Of a DNA stretch of 64,000 nucleotides, positions 32,031 through 45,760 are shown in pieces. Position 1 is the stretch's first letter. Every line of letters begins with the position of its first letter. The notes beneath the pieces are model-generated. The model did no database searches, was not told where the DNA came from, and worked only from the letters and a program-made list of their open reading frames with translations. The stretch comes from the human T2T-CHM13v2.0 reference genome, Homo sapiens. Location: the NCBI RefSeq assembly GCF_009914755.1, contig NC_060929.1. One strand, 5' to 3'. The translations under genes were made by a program, and so were the position numbers.

Positions 32031-32814
32031 TGTTATGTTAGGAGCTAGTCAGACAGGAGCCGGGCAGGAGGGGGCCCCTCTCGCCCTGACCTCCAGGAAT
32101 GTCAGGTGACCAGCAGGTGATGGTTCAGCAGTTGTTGTTTTGCCTCTTTAAAATGATAGTTGGTCGCAGCTGGCACCAGGGAGAGACCGTTTCTTGATGG
32201 TCTGGCAGTTGTCACACTAAAATGATCATTGGTGGCAGCCAGTGCCACGAAGAGGCAGTTTCCCAAAAGATAAAAACACTTGAAATTGGTAATCAGCAGC
32301 TTCCAATAAGATCTCAGGGCAAGTGAGCCTGAGCATGCGCATTAAGAGACAAAATGGCAGAGCATGAACTTCCAGGGGCATTCCACCAGATAAAGGAAGA
32401 AAGCCTCCAGTGAGCATGGGTATAACTTCTTAAACACACTGTGCATGCTCACCTCCCGAGCGCAAGGAGGGCACCACACATGCCAGCGGCTCGCCCTAAG
32501 GGCAGAATTAAGGGAAAAGGGCTTGAGATGCCGGAAGTAGGCCAGCATATAAAGTCCTAGGTTCAAGGATAAATGGGGCACTTGACCTCCAAGTTGCACA
32601 TTTCGGTCGCTTCTAAGTAGGTACTTTCTTTTCTTTCATTCCTGCCCTAAAGCTTTTTAATAAACGTCCATGCCTGCTCAGAAACTTGCTTTGGACTCTT
32701 TTTCTGCCTTATGCCTCTCAGTCAATTTCTGTCTTCTGAGGAGGCAAGAATTGAGGTTGCTGCAGACCCGTACAGATTTGTTGCCAATAACTCAGACAGT
32801 CACCACTCTTAATA
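32031..32814 (+). mobile_element. MER50-family ERV1 solo LTR
   Basis: AGGAATGTCAGGTGACCA.CAGGTGATGG, GCATGCGCA.TAAGAG.CAAAATGGC, TATAAA at 32548, AATAAA at 32659, TCTGAGGAGGCAAGAATTGAGGTTGCTGCAGACCCGTA. Confidence 0.88.
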
Positions 32815-33330
32815 CTTTTCACCTTGAAAGATATTATTTCCTTTAGATGCCACTACATCCAAGTTTTCAGAAGACCACTTATCATTCTGTACATCCAGCT
32901 GCTTTTGGTTTGTGACATAAAATAGTAAGGTCATTTAACCCATGAGAATCAGCATATTGCTTTACATTTTTAATTATGAATTCTACTCTTTGTTTATGTG
33001 TGGAATGCCTCAGATGGTGGGACTGCAAGTAGCAACACATGAAACTAAGAAAATTAAATCTACAATATATGTATTAACCAGTGATACAGATCATTTTTTC
33101 ACCCCCTCATTCCCTACTTCTATAATGTAATTTACCCAATGTCATCTACCCTCTGCTTTCAAGAAGGTGACTAACCCCTGTTATCTTACAGTGCATTCCA
33201 TAATAGGCACCTAGAGTAGGAAATTCACAGGCCAAATTTTATAGAGGAAAGTACAAAACATTGAGCCCATGTACAGTCCTTCAGCAAACCTGTCCACACA
33301 GTTCATCAGCCCTTTGAGTAACCCCTTAGA

Positions 33331-33960
33331 TTGTGAAAGAAAGAAGCTGACTGATATACATAAGACAAATTATAAAGAACCTCTTCTGCAGTAAGTACTT
33401 TGGAAAGCATTTACATGAATGTCAGGCAGTCACTTAGGCAGTGATAGTCGACCCCTGCTGGGACACATGAGAATGGGCCTTGAACCTGGAACATTCTTAC
33501 ATAGTAAAAAAGAGCTCTCATATCTTGTGTTGAGTATATGTGTGGGAATATCTCTTCCTGTTTCAGACTAAATGTGTATCTTTTGTTCTGCTTAAGCATG
33601 TGTGCCATATGGCTCCTGGCCAACCCCACTACTACAACCATTCTGGACCAGAGGGGATAGTGTCCTTCAACTGCAGAATGAGGCAGTGCATGGAGACTAT
33701 CATTCTATGTGAGCTGTGGAATGAGACCCACTGGCCATGGGAAACCAACAGATACCATTGTAGCTAATCTTGATCTGATCATCTTTAAGTAAAATGTTGT
33801 TCCAACCAATCCCTTTCCATCGAATGCCTGTGTGAGTGGTGTCTTCCTTGGTTACTTTGAACCATAGAGTAGACTGACATCCTTGGGACTGTGGCTCCTG
33901 GAGGAGCAGGACTCCTCCCCTGAAAGTGATATGAGGTATCACTAGTTTACACTGGCATAC
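33331..33960 (+). mobile_element. Probable old ERVL-type solo LTR, subfamily uncertain
   Basis: About 630 bp GC-richer block with TG..CA-like ends and an AGTAAA signal followed by a GT-rich U5-like tail. Not matched to a specific consensus. Confidence 0.35.
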
Positions 33961-34419
33961 ATTTTTAAGACTGTGGATCAATTTCAAGAGGGCCACCCAC
34001 ATATCTTTTTTCAAAATCTACCATATTTAGTTCCAGACTATTTTCTAAATTATTACCAAGATATTACTATTTTATAGCATATATTCAGACTGTCTTAAAA
34101 AAAAGGGGGGTGAGAGAGAGAGGCAGTGAAATGAACTGCTCAATGTTCTGCTGACTGAGAGGATATTTTTTTCTTTACTCTTTTTGGGGCCAGCCCTTTA
34201 TGGATTGAGGCACCTTGGAAGTCCACTTTCAGCTCTTTCCACACCATTGAGCAAAGCTGTCTGTAACACAAAAGATCCTTATTAACCTTCCTCAAAGGAA
34301 ATTTTATGATTTACTATAATAGGAAAAACTCCATCTCTTCTACACCACCTATACATTTTTATTTCCCTGAATACATTTTTCTCATACACACCATGATGCA
34401 AATTTGCCTGTGGTTACAT

Positions 34420-34570
34420 GCTTATTTTATGGTTTCCTAGGTTCCCATTAGTTTTACGTTCCTTAAAGCAGGTATGGGCTTGGTTTATCTAACCATTGGC
34501 TTGCTTGCACAAAATGCTCAGTAAGAGTTCAACATACATTTTATACATTTATGAAAAAAAGATGAATACA
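34420..34570 (+). mobile_element. L2 3' relic
   Basis: GTTCCTTAAAGCAGG...TTGCACAAAATGCT...TTCAACATACATTT. Confidence 0.4.
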
Positions 34571-36019
34571 ATAAATCCTATCAGCAGCAAATGAACCACA
34601 TGCATGAGGGAAATCATTCTGTTTTTTTTCTCTTAGCATTTATTTCACCTATAGAATATTCTAACTTGAGAATTGAAAAGGTCCACATAAGTTGTTTTCA
34701 GATAATTTTCATCATGTTTTCTGATAACATCCCCAGCCCTTCCATTCCCCATATCATTGCACAACTTCAGCCATGGAATCTTAATTTTACACAATGACTT
34801 TTTACAAGAGATGGTCTTTGATGATACTTTTAATTTTTGTAATATATCTTTCTAAATTTAAGCATACTTTTGGACTTACATAAAAGTTGCAGAATGTCCA
34901 TGAATCCTACTCCCAGAGTCCTCAACTTTAAAGTCTTACTTTACTATTATACATGTGTTTATTATTAATATTTTAAAACCAAATACATAGGCCTAGGATA
35001 AACAAAGCTAGGAACAGGCTGAGTCACTACTTTCCCTCCTTACCTTTGTTGTCTCTCCATATATTTCAGTGTTAATCCTCATAGACTGATAAATGAAGTA
35101 CAGAGAAAGGGAATTATCTGAGCAGCATTAGTGGATACTCCACATTTTCCAATTTAATAATTTGCTTTAAACTTAATATATAACAAAGGGTTTAATACAC
35201 TGCTTTTAGTTACCAGAAACTCACAAAGCTGAAATATTAAAATACTGGAGACTCAATTAAGAAGTGCTATTTGGTATCTCAATATTTATCACTCTACAAA
35301 AATGGTTCAGTCTGAGAGTATAAATGGAAAAAGAATCGTATCAGCAGGACAGTGATCATAAACAGCCTCCAACAACTAAGAGCATGTCATATTTACTCAG
35401 TGCAATTTTTTACATTATTTTTATAAGAACAATTCTTCAAGGACAGTTGCTTGTAACGTATATGGCATGAATCATATACTCTCAAAAGTGGATGTTTATG
35501 GACTTTTTTGAAAAATAAATACACTCACATACATATTCATTTAAATACACAAGTTTTCACAACAATGACTTACTTTCTAAGGTCAAGCTTGCTAAAAGCA
35601 CAAGCTTAAGGGGCTATATTGCATTATTGGACTACATATGTGACTTTACAAGCACATGATTTTAAGATTACCTCTTTAGTTTCACATTAGAGCTACTGTG
35701 GGATATTTTTAAATTAACCACACTGGCTCCTAATTGCATTTCTCAAAATTCAGTAAAACATCACATACTATAGAGGACATGGGGAGCTTTGTGTCTACTA
35801 ACTAGTCAATCTGATCAAACTTGTGTGGAGGTGAAGTTAACTAGCTTAGCTCCTTTGGTTGTTGATGGGAAACCGAAAGGCAAAAACACTGAGACATTTT
35901 AAGAAGGCAACACAAAAATTCTGGTGTAAAATAGAATAGAAAGTAAACATCTCACTTCTAATTTCTCTGAACGCTTTCTTCACTTTTCATTCTAATGTTA
36001 CACATTAAAAAATCATTGG

Positions 36020-36323
36020 GGCTGGGCATGGTGGCTCACGCCTGTAATCCTAGCACTTTGGGAGGCCGAGGCAGGTGGATCACGAGGTCAGGAGATGGAG
36101 ACCATCCTGGCTAACATGGTGAAACCCCGTCTCTTCTAAAAATACAAAAAATTAGCCGGGCGTGGTGGTGGGTGCCTGTAATCCCAGCTACTCAGGAGGC
36201 TGAGGCAGGAGAATGGCGTGGCGGCAGAGCTTGCAGTGAGCTGAGATCGCGCCACTGCACTCCAGCCTGGGCGACAGAGCCAGACTCCATCTCAAAAAAA
36301 AAAAAAAAAAAAAAAAAAATCAA
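36020..36323 (+). mobile_element. AluY with a small right-arm deletion
   Basis: AluY diagnostics. GAATGGCGTG-GCGGCAGAGC lacks about 7 nt of AACCCGGGA. TSD AAAATCATTGG. Confidence 0.96.
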
Positions 36324-37163
36324 TAAAATCATTGGTTGGCTAATTTGAAATATATACTATAATACTATATCAAAGGGAAGAAATACTTTCTCGAACTTTT
36401 TAAAGATAAAGCGTTGTGTTGCTATGCTTAGCTCAAAATTTGAAATTAGTAAGTGATAGGGAACTAATGAATGTTGTTTTATAAAGAAGCTTGATATCAC
36501 CACCAAACTGCAATTTCTGCTTTAAAGTCATATAAAGCATAATAATTTTTTTAACTATATGGATCCATGAATATTGCCTTTGATGAGTTAAAGTAAAATA
36601 GGCAAATATTTTTAATAGAACACAAATAACTGTTATTTCTACAGGAAAAACATGAATAGTGAACTATATTCAGATTAAGAATTGGTTTGCCTTAAAGACA
36701 CCATTCAAAGAGAGGAGATATTTGTAACATATATATTTGATAAAGCATTCACATACAACATATACACAAAAAAGTTTTACCAATCTAGCAGAAGAGGAAA
36801 AAAAATCATATAAAAATTGGTAAAAAATTTGAAATGACACTTTATAGAACAGGGCTTCAAAAGGCTCACTAGAAACATGAAAAGTTACTCAACTCCATTA
36901 GCCACCAGGAAAAAATAAATTAAACCTTATATGTGGTACCTATCATAACTCACGATGCAAAACATCTATAATGAAAAATACGACAATAGAACTAAGTGCT
37001 TAAGAGAATGTCTAACAAAACGTAACTGTTATATTCTGCTGTTGGAAATGTAGAATGAAGTAATCAGTGTGGAAATTTTTGTCAGTACCTACTGTTCGGT
37101 GAACTTATACAAACACTATGAGTCAGAAATTTAACTCTTTAGTTTACATCAAGAAAAATATCT

Positions 37164-37490
37164 GACCAGGCGCAGTGGCTCACGCTTCTAATCCCAGCAC
37201 TTTGAGAGGCCGAGGCGGGCGGATAACGAGGTCAGGAGATGGAGACCATCCTGGCTAACGCGGTGAAACCCCTTCTCTACTAAAAATACAAAACAAAACA
37301 AAAAAATTCCCCAGGCGTGTTGGCGGGTGCCTGCAGTCCCAGCTACTCCTGAGGCTGAGAAAGGAGAATGGCGTGAACCCAGGAGGCGGAGCTTACAGTG
37401 AGCCGAGATCGCGCTACTGGCCTCCAGCCTGGGCGACAGAGCGAGACTCCGCCTCAAAAAAAAAAAAAAAAAAAAAAAAGAAAAAGAAAA
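37164..37490 (+). mobile_element. AluY
   Basis: GAATGGCGTGAACCCAGGAGGCGGAGCTT, long A-rich tail, TSD AAGAAAA(A/G)TATCT. Confidence 0.96.
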
Positions 37491-37749
37491 AAGAAAAGTA
37501 TCTAAAAGAATGTATTCACATATTCAGCAAAAGACGAGTCAAAAATTCATGGAACCATTCTTCATACTCACCATTAAGAAAAAAACTCAATGCCCACAAC
37601 CAGCAGAATGGTTAAATTAATGACGATAAATTTATTGAAATAATGTTACATAGCAATGAAAATAAATGAATTATTACTAACTAAAACAATTTAACAATGA
37701 GTTAATCTTAAAAACTGTAGCTAAAGAAACCAGACACAAAATAGTGACA

Positions 37750-37779
37750 CCACACACACACACACACACACACACAAAC
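37750..37779. repeat. (CA)n microsatellite
   Basis: CACACA... run of about 13 units. Confidence 0.9.
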
Positions 37780-37836
37780 ATAACTTCAAAAACAGGCAAA
37801 AGATAAATTTACGGTGTTAGAATTTAAAGTGTTTAT

Positions 37837-38132
37837 GACCATGCACGGTGGCTCACACCTATAATCCCAGTGCTTTGGGAGCCCTAAGTGGGAGATGCTC
37901 ACTTGAAACCAGGAGTTCAAGACCAACCTGGGTAATATAGGGATACTGCAACTCTCAAATTAAAAAAAAATAAGTAAAAATTAGCTGGGCATGGTGGCAC
38001 ACATCTGTAGCCCTAGCTACTCAGGAGGCTGAGGTGGGAGGATCCCTTGAGCCCAGGGGTGAGCTTTGCTTGCACCACACTACCGTATAGCTTGGGCAAT
38101 AGAATGGGATCCTGTCTCTATTTTATTTTTTT
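37837..38132 (+). mobile_element. AluJ
   Basis: GAGGTGGGAGGATCCCTTGAGCCCAGG. T-rich sequence sits where the tail should be. TSD-like AGTGTTTA. Confidence 0.9.
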
Positions 38133-38807
38133 AATAGTGTTTACTTTTGGAATAGGCTGATGATTAAAATGGTGCACAAGAGGGCTTTCTGGAAAGCTGG
38201 TAATATTTATTTCTTAATATGGAAGACTTCAATATATAATTTGATTGCATATAAAATGTAATCAAAGTTCATATCTGCTTAAATGCACGAATACACATCA
38301 GAAAGTTAATATCTTTTGACAAGTGGAAGTAAATGTACAAGGTCAAAATGTAGAAAATACAAGTAAGAGTGGAATGAGGTACCCTAAACAAATTCATATT
38401 GGAAATAAAAATAACGTCCTTCTTCAAATTTCAGGAAAGGCTTGTATGAAAATAGAGGACAGAACTATGATTATTGAGGTAAATTACAGAAGCCAGATTT
38501 ATTTCAAAATAAGCAATTCTAGCTACCAGAGCTGTCCAGAAATTGAATAAAATATCACTTTGATATGTGAGCCACCAAAATCATCAAACTTATTAAAAAT
38601 AGTTAATTTTCATTTTTCTGAGTTTTTAGCCAGTCATTTATTTTCTTTTGTTTTATTTTATTTCCCTGCAACAATTTCTTACTGAGAATTCATTGGTGCT
38701 ACATATTTTTCTAAGAGTATCTTGTGTACTAGATTTTTTTTTATTGGCACAAATGTAGACTAAATAATATTTTTTATTATTTGTTTTAACTCAAGAATAG
38801 ATGGTTG

Positions 38808-39305
38808 TGTTAAGAAAAAATATTCAATTATACTTGAGTATTTATATATTAAATATAATTATATGTTCCATTATACTAGTAAAGGAAGGCAGATTTTCTT
38901 TAGGACGACCAAATACCACTCCAAAGGGGTCCTGCAGAGGATAGAGATTGGGCTTAACTCTGAATACAACTTGGGCAGGTGGGAATTGATAGCTAAGGAG
39001 CGGATTGGGATTCAGTAGACGGAAAATTGCTAAGAGGAAATATCAAGGGCAAGGGGTTTCTGGCTAAACTGACTTACAGAATTCTTGTTGGAAACCAGCC
39101 AGGTGATTAGACATCGCCTGGAGGACAGCGGAGGATGATGAACCTGATCAGATATTCACATGATCAGATATTAAAGGTGGGGAGTTCTTGTTAAATTGAC
39201 TTAGGGAGGTTCTTTGTTAAAACTAGATTTTATAAGGAAGTTCACAGATGGGTCTAGAAGACATCTCAGAAGTCTAAAATTTGGCCAATAAATGAATTTT
39301 TGTGA
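38808..39305 (-). mobile_element. MER31-family ERV1 solo LTR
   Basis: TTCTGGCTAAACTGACTTA, TGATCAGATAT twice, TAAAACTAGATTTTATAAGGAAG.TCACAGATGGG.CTAGAAG. Confidence 0.75.
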
Positions 39306-39349
39306 ATAGTCAAACTAAAATGTAACATATTACAGTGTTAAATGTATGT

Positions 39350-39520
39350 GCTGTGATTTCAGACTCTCAGAATTTGAAATCTCTCTCTTCATAGTGTACT
39401 GGCCTAGTGACCTGGCAAATTCAATCCAACATTCTATCCCTCAGTTTCCTCAACTGTCAAATATGGCTAAAATGGTAACTACTGCATAATGTTTTTCTAA
39501 AAATTAAACATTTTATAAAT
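39350..39520 (+). mobile_element. MIR relic
   Basis: GTGACCTGGCAAATT...CCTCAGTTTCCTCAACTGT.AAAT core. Confidence 0.65.
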
Positions 39521-41032
39521 AAAACCATTGAAGTCTTCCTGGTTACTTCAAAAGCATCAGATATGTTAACACTGTAAATAGTATTAATGTTATTTATTTT
39601 GTTTAGGCAAGTGATTAAATACATAGACAGGGTCACATATTTAAAACTTTCAAGAATAATTATTTTCATATTCATAATGCTACACAGGTAAATGTACATT
39701 TGTTCTGGTTCAGATGAAAGTGTGTGTAAAAATTTAAAGTAAGTTTATAAAAATACATTATTATTTTATAAGAATCTTAGTGACAACCATTTTCATTTTA
39801 ATTATGTTGTCCTTATGTAAAAATTAGACCACACTTTTCGGACTGATTCATGCATCTTGGATGTCCCACCTCCCTCACTGCGTTGTACTATTATGTGCTT
39901 CAAAGTTGTGTGATACCAAGTCAACAACTTTTGTCCTTTGGCATCCGAAGTTATTCAGCTATGTTTCTTATTTCATGGGTCAGTTACTTTCTTTGTTCTC
40001 ATCCATGAAGGATAAACCCAACATTTCTTAATGGATTGGAGGCAGGTAGTGGGATTCTTAACTCTATTGTGGATCTTGGCTTGTCACAGATGAATTGCTT
40101 CTCTTTGATACAACCTGAGCAATCTATCTAGTATGTGGAAAAATGTCATCTCTGTGGAAGAAGAAATACAATTCAGACCAAAGAGAAGCTTCTCTTATTT
40201 AAAATGAATGGTGGCTATTGGTGGATGACAAATCCACAGTCAGTTTAAAGCTGCTAGTTGATTGTCTGTTGAAGGATAGACATGGCTGAAAAAATTTATA
40301 AAGATGGTGTAGATGCGCCATGTGTAATTTCTCTTACAATAAGTTAAACTACTAAATGTTAATAATATAATAGAAGCATAAAACCGTATTTTTGTTTTCT
40401 TTTATAAATGAAGTAAGAGCAAAATGGAAATTTATATTTTTCTAAGTGTGCCAAAAATAATGGTTTGGTATATATAGACTTATAAATGTGTTTGGAAACA
40501 GCTGGGCTGAGGGTAATTAAGGTAAGGAGGTTTCTCTCTCTTTTGTTCTTTCTCTTGTTCTCTCTCTCTAGGAAAAAGTCCTACTTTATTTCTCTAATAT
40601 CATGATATGATCAAATTACAGAATTCCTTTCAATGTTGGTAAATTCATTAATCATGTATCAGTAATATTCATTGAGATTTATGTAATAATAATTATTTAG
40701 TAATTAAGAATTTAATAAAATAAATGATAGGTTTGTGGTTGAAAATTACTTTAAGAATAGTTTGTTATTTCCAGCATGTTAGAAATATGATGTAAATAGA
40801 AATTTATATTTTTAATAAACTGATTTGCTTCAAGATAAACTAGGTATTACTCATGATAATTATATATCTCAATGTATTTTTAAGGACTCACATGTGACTG
40901 CAAGAAATAAACATGTGTATACACTGTTCTTAGACTTAAGAGTTGCCTGAAATATTAAAATGTGTGAAATAATGTCCTGTTAAAGCACAGCTCTGTATCA
41001 GTGAAATTTTATACAAAACAAATACTAAGTAA

Positions 41033-41334
<302 letters not shown>

Positions 41335-42076
41335 AAATACTAAGTACGTTTTTATGAACAAAGATATTTTGTATGTTTCTAAAAATATAAATAGCTTGTG
41401 ATTATGTTTTTCAGGACAATGAGATAAATTATACTATTTAAAAACCTATTCAAAAATTGAAAAAAAAATCTGCAAAAGTAAAAGAAATACATAAATATCT
41501 ACAACAATTGTATTAGTATAAATATTTTATAGAATTAACATTAAATTATGCATTTCAAGGTTTCCTTTTAAATTTTATGCTATGCATAAAAGTGAAATAT
41601 AGTGAATGGAGAGCATTACAAAAAATTAGTATTTAAGGTAAACATTTATTTTATTATAATATTCTCTACTGTGTCAGATATTATTTTAATTTAAGAGAAA
41701 AAAGGGATTTCATAATGCCTGTAGGTTCATAACAGTGGTCAGGGTATGAAATGTGACGTTGTATTGAAATATACAATGAATTATTTAAAGCAGATGTTTT
41801 AAAATTACTATTTGTCTTTTGAAATGGTTAAATACATACAACCATTGAGCTACATTTACATATTATATAAAAATCATATTTTATGAATTCACATATTTTG
41901 CATATATATATATAAAAATAACTTACATGGCAATATTTGTCTGCAATATCGAAAGTTTAGTACACAATATTTGTATGCATTTTATCTTGGAGGAAGACTC
42001 TTAAAGAAATCACACAAAGAGCTTAAGTTCTTTTTGTTTGTTTCTCTAGTTAACATCTTTATAAAATTTCATGATA

Positions 42077-42400
42077 CAGTCTTCCCTTGGTATATGCAGA
42101 TAAATGGTTTCAGAATCACCCATGGATACAGCAATTCATAGATGCTCAAGTCCCTTATATAAAATGGCATAGTATTTGCGTATAACCTACATATATCCTC
42201 CTGTATACTTTAAATCATTTCTAGATTGTATGTAATACCTAATATAATGTAAAATGTTTTGTAAATAGTTCTTATACTGAAATTTAGTTCATATTTTTTA
42301 TTGTCATATTGTTATTTTTTCTTTTCTCTTTCTGAATATGTGTGATCTACAGTTGGTTGAATTCATGGAAGCAGAACCCACCAATACAATGGGCCAGCTG
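42077..42400 (+). mobile_element. MER2 DNA transposon, TcMar-Tigger
   Basis: TA-CAGTCTTCCCTTGGTAT...GATGCTCAAGTCCCTTATATAAAATGGC...GGGCCAGCTG-TA, with TA duplication. Confidence 0.9.
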
Positions 42401-44417
42401 TATGTTAAATATAGTTTAGTATTGTCCCATGTTTAGTTGCAGCACTCACAAGAACAGAAGACCTTCCTAAGGATTTCCAATAAAAAACAACTGGAATAGA
42501 TGTCATATTCTTAAAATAAATATAATGAAAGTGTGGATTCTGCTACCTAGGACAGAATCACTTTGGAAGCTAATTTTGGGAGTGGGAGAGTGACTCAAGG
42601 CTGTCCAGATTCCTCAGTGATTAACAATTATCAAATTTCTATGCAGACATTGACCAATTTTCAAAGAAGGGGAGTAAGGTGAGCATGTATTTAAATCTCA
42701 CTAACTCAGTCTTCCTCATACAGGCTAAACACAGGGACTGCTATTTAAAAATATAAAAGCATTGTATCACTTTTAACTGCGAATAGCTCTGTTTTAACAT
42801 GTGGTAATTAATCACACAGATAAGATTGAAAAGAGAATCGTGACCTTGAAATGTTGATTTATGTAAACTCAACGATTTTTTAAAAAACTTTAACCAACAG
42901 AAATTATAGTGGTACACAAAGGAACATTTCTCAAATATATTTTACATTTGCCACAAAATAGGAGTCACCCAAGGATATTGAAGTATTTATTATGTTTTAT
43001 CAAAAGCTTTCATTAATGGAAACACATATAGAGCAATTTATTTATTTAACTTGTGTTTTAGAATGAATTTATGAAAGTGACTTGTCAAAGTTGATCATGT
43101 CTCTTTTACCTAAATGTGTCTGTATAAATTTGAAAATGATTGATTTCATTATTTACATGGTTACTACATTCACTGAATTGAAATGGCATCAAGGCAAATT
43201 TATCTAAGTATTAAAACTGTTTTAAAACTTTGTTTAAAGGTATAGATTCTGAACTGGTAAAAAATTGGTATGCGGGTTTTCCAGTTTCTAGCCCAGCATG
43301 TAATCAGATTGGAAGTCACCATTCTCTTCTAACCACAAGTAAAATGCTGAACAAATTAAAAAATAAATGACTCTTCTTAAGTCCTTCAGAGAAGTGAAGT
43401 TATAGGGCAAACCACTGTCCTCTCCCGAGTTGAGAGGCAGACAGGCAGACACAGAATAAATCACACTTTACAAAAGCAGAAAATCCCAAGCAGAAACCTC
43501 CATGGAAGCTCAGTACTGCAGTAGAAAAAGCTCAACTCTCATTGATGAACTGTGGGATGTTCTCTGTGGACAAGTCTGCACGTTAGGAAAAAAAAAAAAG
43601 TTTTCTCCATTTTTGTAAAGTTTATCTCTTAAGGCTGTACTAGATTTTCACAGTGAAAATGAGAAGAAAAATCTCCTCGTTCTTTCCACAAACGGACAGG
43701 GAAAGCAATCATTTAGAAATATGCTGGAACATTCTGGTTTGTTTGTAACCAGATCTGCCCTCAAGAGAAATGTTATTACCAGAGTCTAATTTATTGGGGT
43801 TTTTTCAGCCTAACAGATACATGGGAAAAGAAATACTCAACCCTAGATCTTGCTAGCTTGCCACATAAGGGAAGGAAATACATAATATCAGCCCACAGCA
43901 GTCTATCCGTCCCATCTAAGGTGGGAGAAAAACACAGAGACACTTGTGAGGTTCACAGTCAAGGTACACTAAAAGACTTAGACCTAATCATATGACTATA
44001 GAATGCTTCCTGTCCTCCCATATTATACCACATTATAAAAGGCCTACTTATCACAGTTCCTTATCATGTCCATATTAAGAAAAAATTACAAGGCATAGGA
44101 AAAGGAAAAAAAAACACAGTTTGAAGAGACACAGCAAGCATCAGATTTAGACTTGAATATGACAGAGTTATTGAAATTATTAGACTGGAAATTGAAAACA
44201 GCTATAATTTATCTGTTAAAGGTGCTAAAGAATGATGTAGACAGTATATAATAACAAATTAGCAAGGTAAGTGAAGAAAATAAAAATAGAAGAAAGAATA
44301 AAAAATTTATAGAGATCAAAAACATTGTAACAAAAGGAAGAGTACCTATGATGGACTCATTAATAGACCATACATAGCTGAAGAATCTCTGAGGTTTAGG
44401 TTATAAGAATAGAAACA

Positions 44418-44495
44418 AACCTACACATTCTGCACTTGTATCCTGGAACTTAAAGTAAAAAAAATAAATAAAAATAAATGAATAAAAATAAAGAA
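44418..44495 (+). mobile_element. Extremely 5'-truncated L1PA 3' end (about 40 nt plus A-rich tail)
   Basis: AACCTACACATTCTGCACTTGTATCCTGGAACTTAAAGT plus tail. Perfect 13-bp TSD AAGAATAGAAACA at 44405-44417 and 44496-44508. Confidence 0.88.
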
Positions 44496-45496
44496 AAGAA
44501 TAGAAACATTCAAAACTGAAAAGCAAAGAGAAAAAAGTGAGCAAATACATATCCAAGAATGGTGGAATAACAACACAATGTATAACATATGTAATAAAAT
44601 ACCAGAAGAAGAAGAAAGAGAAAGGAATAGAAGAAATATGTGAACCAATACTGACTGAGAATTCCCCAATTAATGCAAGACACCAAACCACATATACAGG
44701 CATCTCAGGAAACATCAAGCAGAATAAATGTAAAAATAAACAAACAAAAACAAACAACAAGAAAGCCATTTGAAAACATATTACTGTTCAAAGTGCAGAG
44801 ACTCAAAGGTAAAAAAAATATATATTTAAAGAAGCCAAAGGGGAGAATTAATCTTACCTATAAGGAGCAAAGATGAGAATTAGCTCTGACTTTTCCTTAA
44901 AACACATGTGAACAACACAAAATGAAACAAAGCATTTAATGTTAAGAGGAAAAAAAATCAACCCAGAATTCTGTGTCCTATGAAATTATCTTTCAAAAGT
45001 GAAGGAGAAATAAAGACTTCCTCAGACCCCCCAAAATGAAAGAATTTGTTGCCAGTAAACATGCCCAGAAAGAAATATTAAAGAAGTTCTTGAGAGAGGA
45101 GGAAATTGATATAGGTCAAAACATATATCTACATGAAGAAAGAAAAATAATCTGGAAAAGAAATAGATGGAAATAAACACTTTTATTTTTATTATTCTTA
45201 ATTAATAAAGCTGTTAACGGTTTGTTCAAAATAATGATAGCAGTACCATTTTTGATTTTGTATGCTTATGCATAAAAATGCCTACATATATCTATAAAAT
45301 AATATTTATGGATATTTTAGTGTAAGTCAAATGAATAACAGCAATAGTAAAAGAGGAGGGAGGGAGAAATTAGGAATATTTTGCTATTATAGGATACTCA
45401 CACTACCCACGAAACACTGTAGTGTTATTTAAAAGAAGAGTTAGATTAATTGTACATATTTTACTCTAGAAATAACACAGAAACTGAAAGGGGAAC

Positions 45497-45760
45497 ACTA
45501 CATGTTCTCACTTATAAGTGGAAGCAAAATAGTGTGTATATATGGACATAGAGTGTGGAGTGATAGACATTGGAAACTTGAAAGGGTGGGGAGTTCAAAG
45601 GTAGGTAGATAATCAGAAATTACTTAATGAATATGATGTACATTATTAAGGTGATGGATACACTAAAATCTCAGACTTCATTACTACGCAATATATGCAT
45701 GTAACAAAATTGCACTTGTACCTTTTACATTTATCCAAAATAAATAAATACATAAATAAG
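45497..45760 (+). mobile_element. L1PB/L1MA 3' end nested in the older L1
   Basis: ATGTTCTCACTTATAAGTGG...GGTGATGGATACACTAAAA..CAGACTTCA...GTAACAAAATTGCACTTGTACC plus a (TAAA)n tail. Confidence 0.85.

Larger units (their letters stand above)
36680..38270 (+). mobile_element. L1ME-type 3' end, interrupted by two Alus and (CA)n
   Basis: GGAGATATTTGTAACATATATATTTGATAAAG, CATGAAAAGTTACTCAACTCCATTAG, GCACAAGAGGGCTTTCTGG. Confidence 0.7.

Noticed and set aside
36211-36235. About 7-nt deletion in an AluY right arm as a possible new subfamily mark
   Set aside because: It is a single copy with many CpG decays and cannot be told apart from a private post-insertion deletion without a genome-wide search.
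39145-39172. Tandem TGATCAGATATT duplication
   Set aside because: It lies within the MER31 LTR and, as I recall, is part of the family consensus.
40519-40572. Donor AAG|GTAAGG followed by a long polypyrimidine tract and TAG|G
   Set aside because: The GT-AG spacing is only about 50 nt, below the practical human intron minimum. The tract is a CT-rich simple repeat and no supporting exon is visible.
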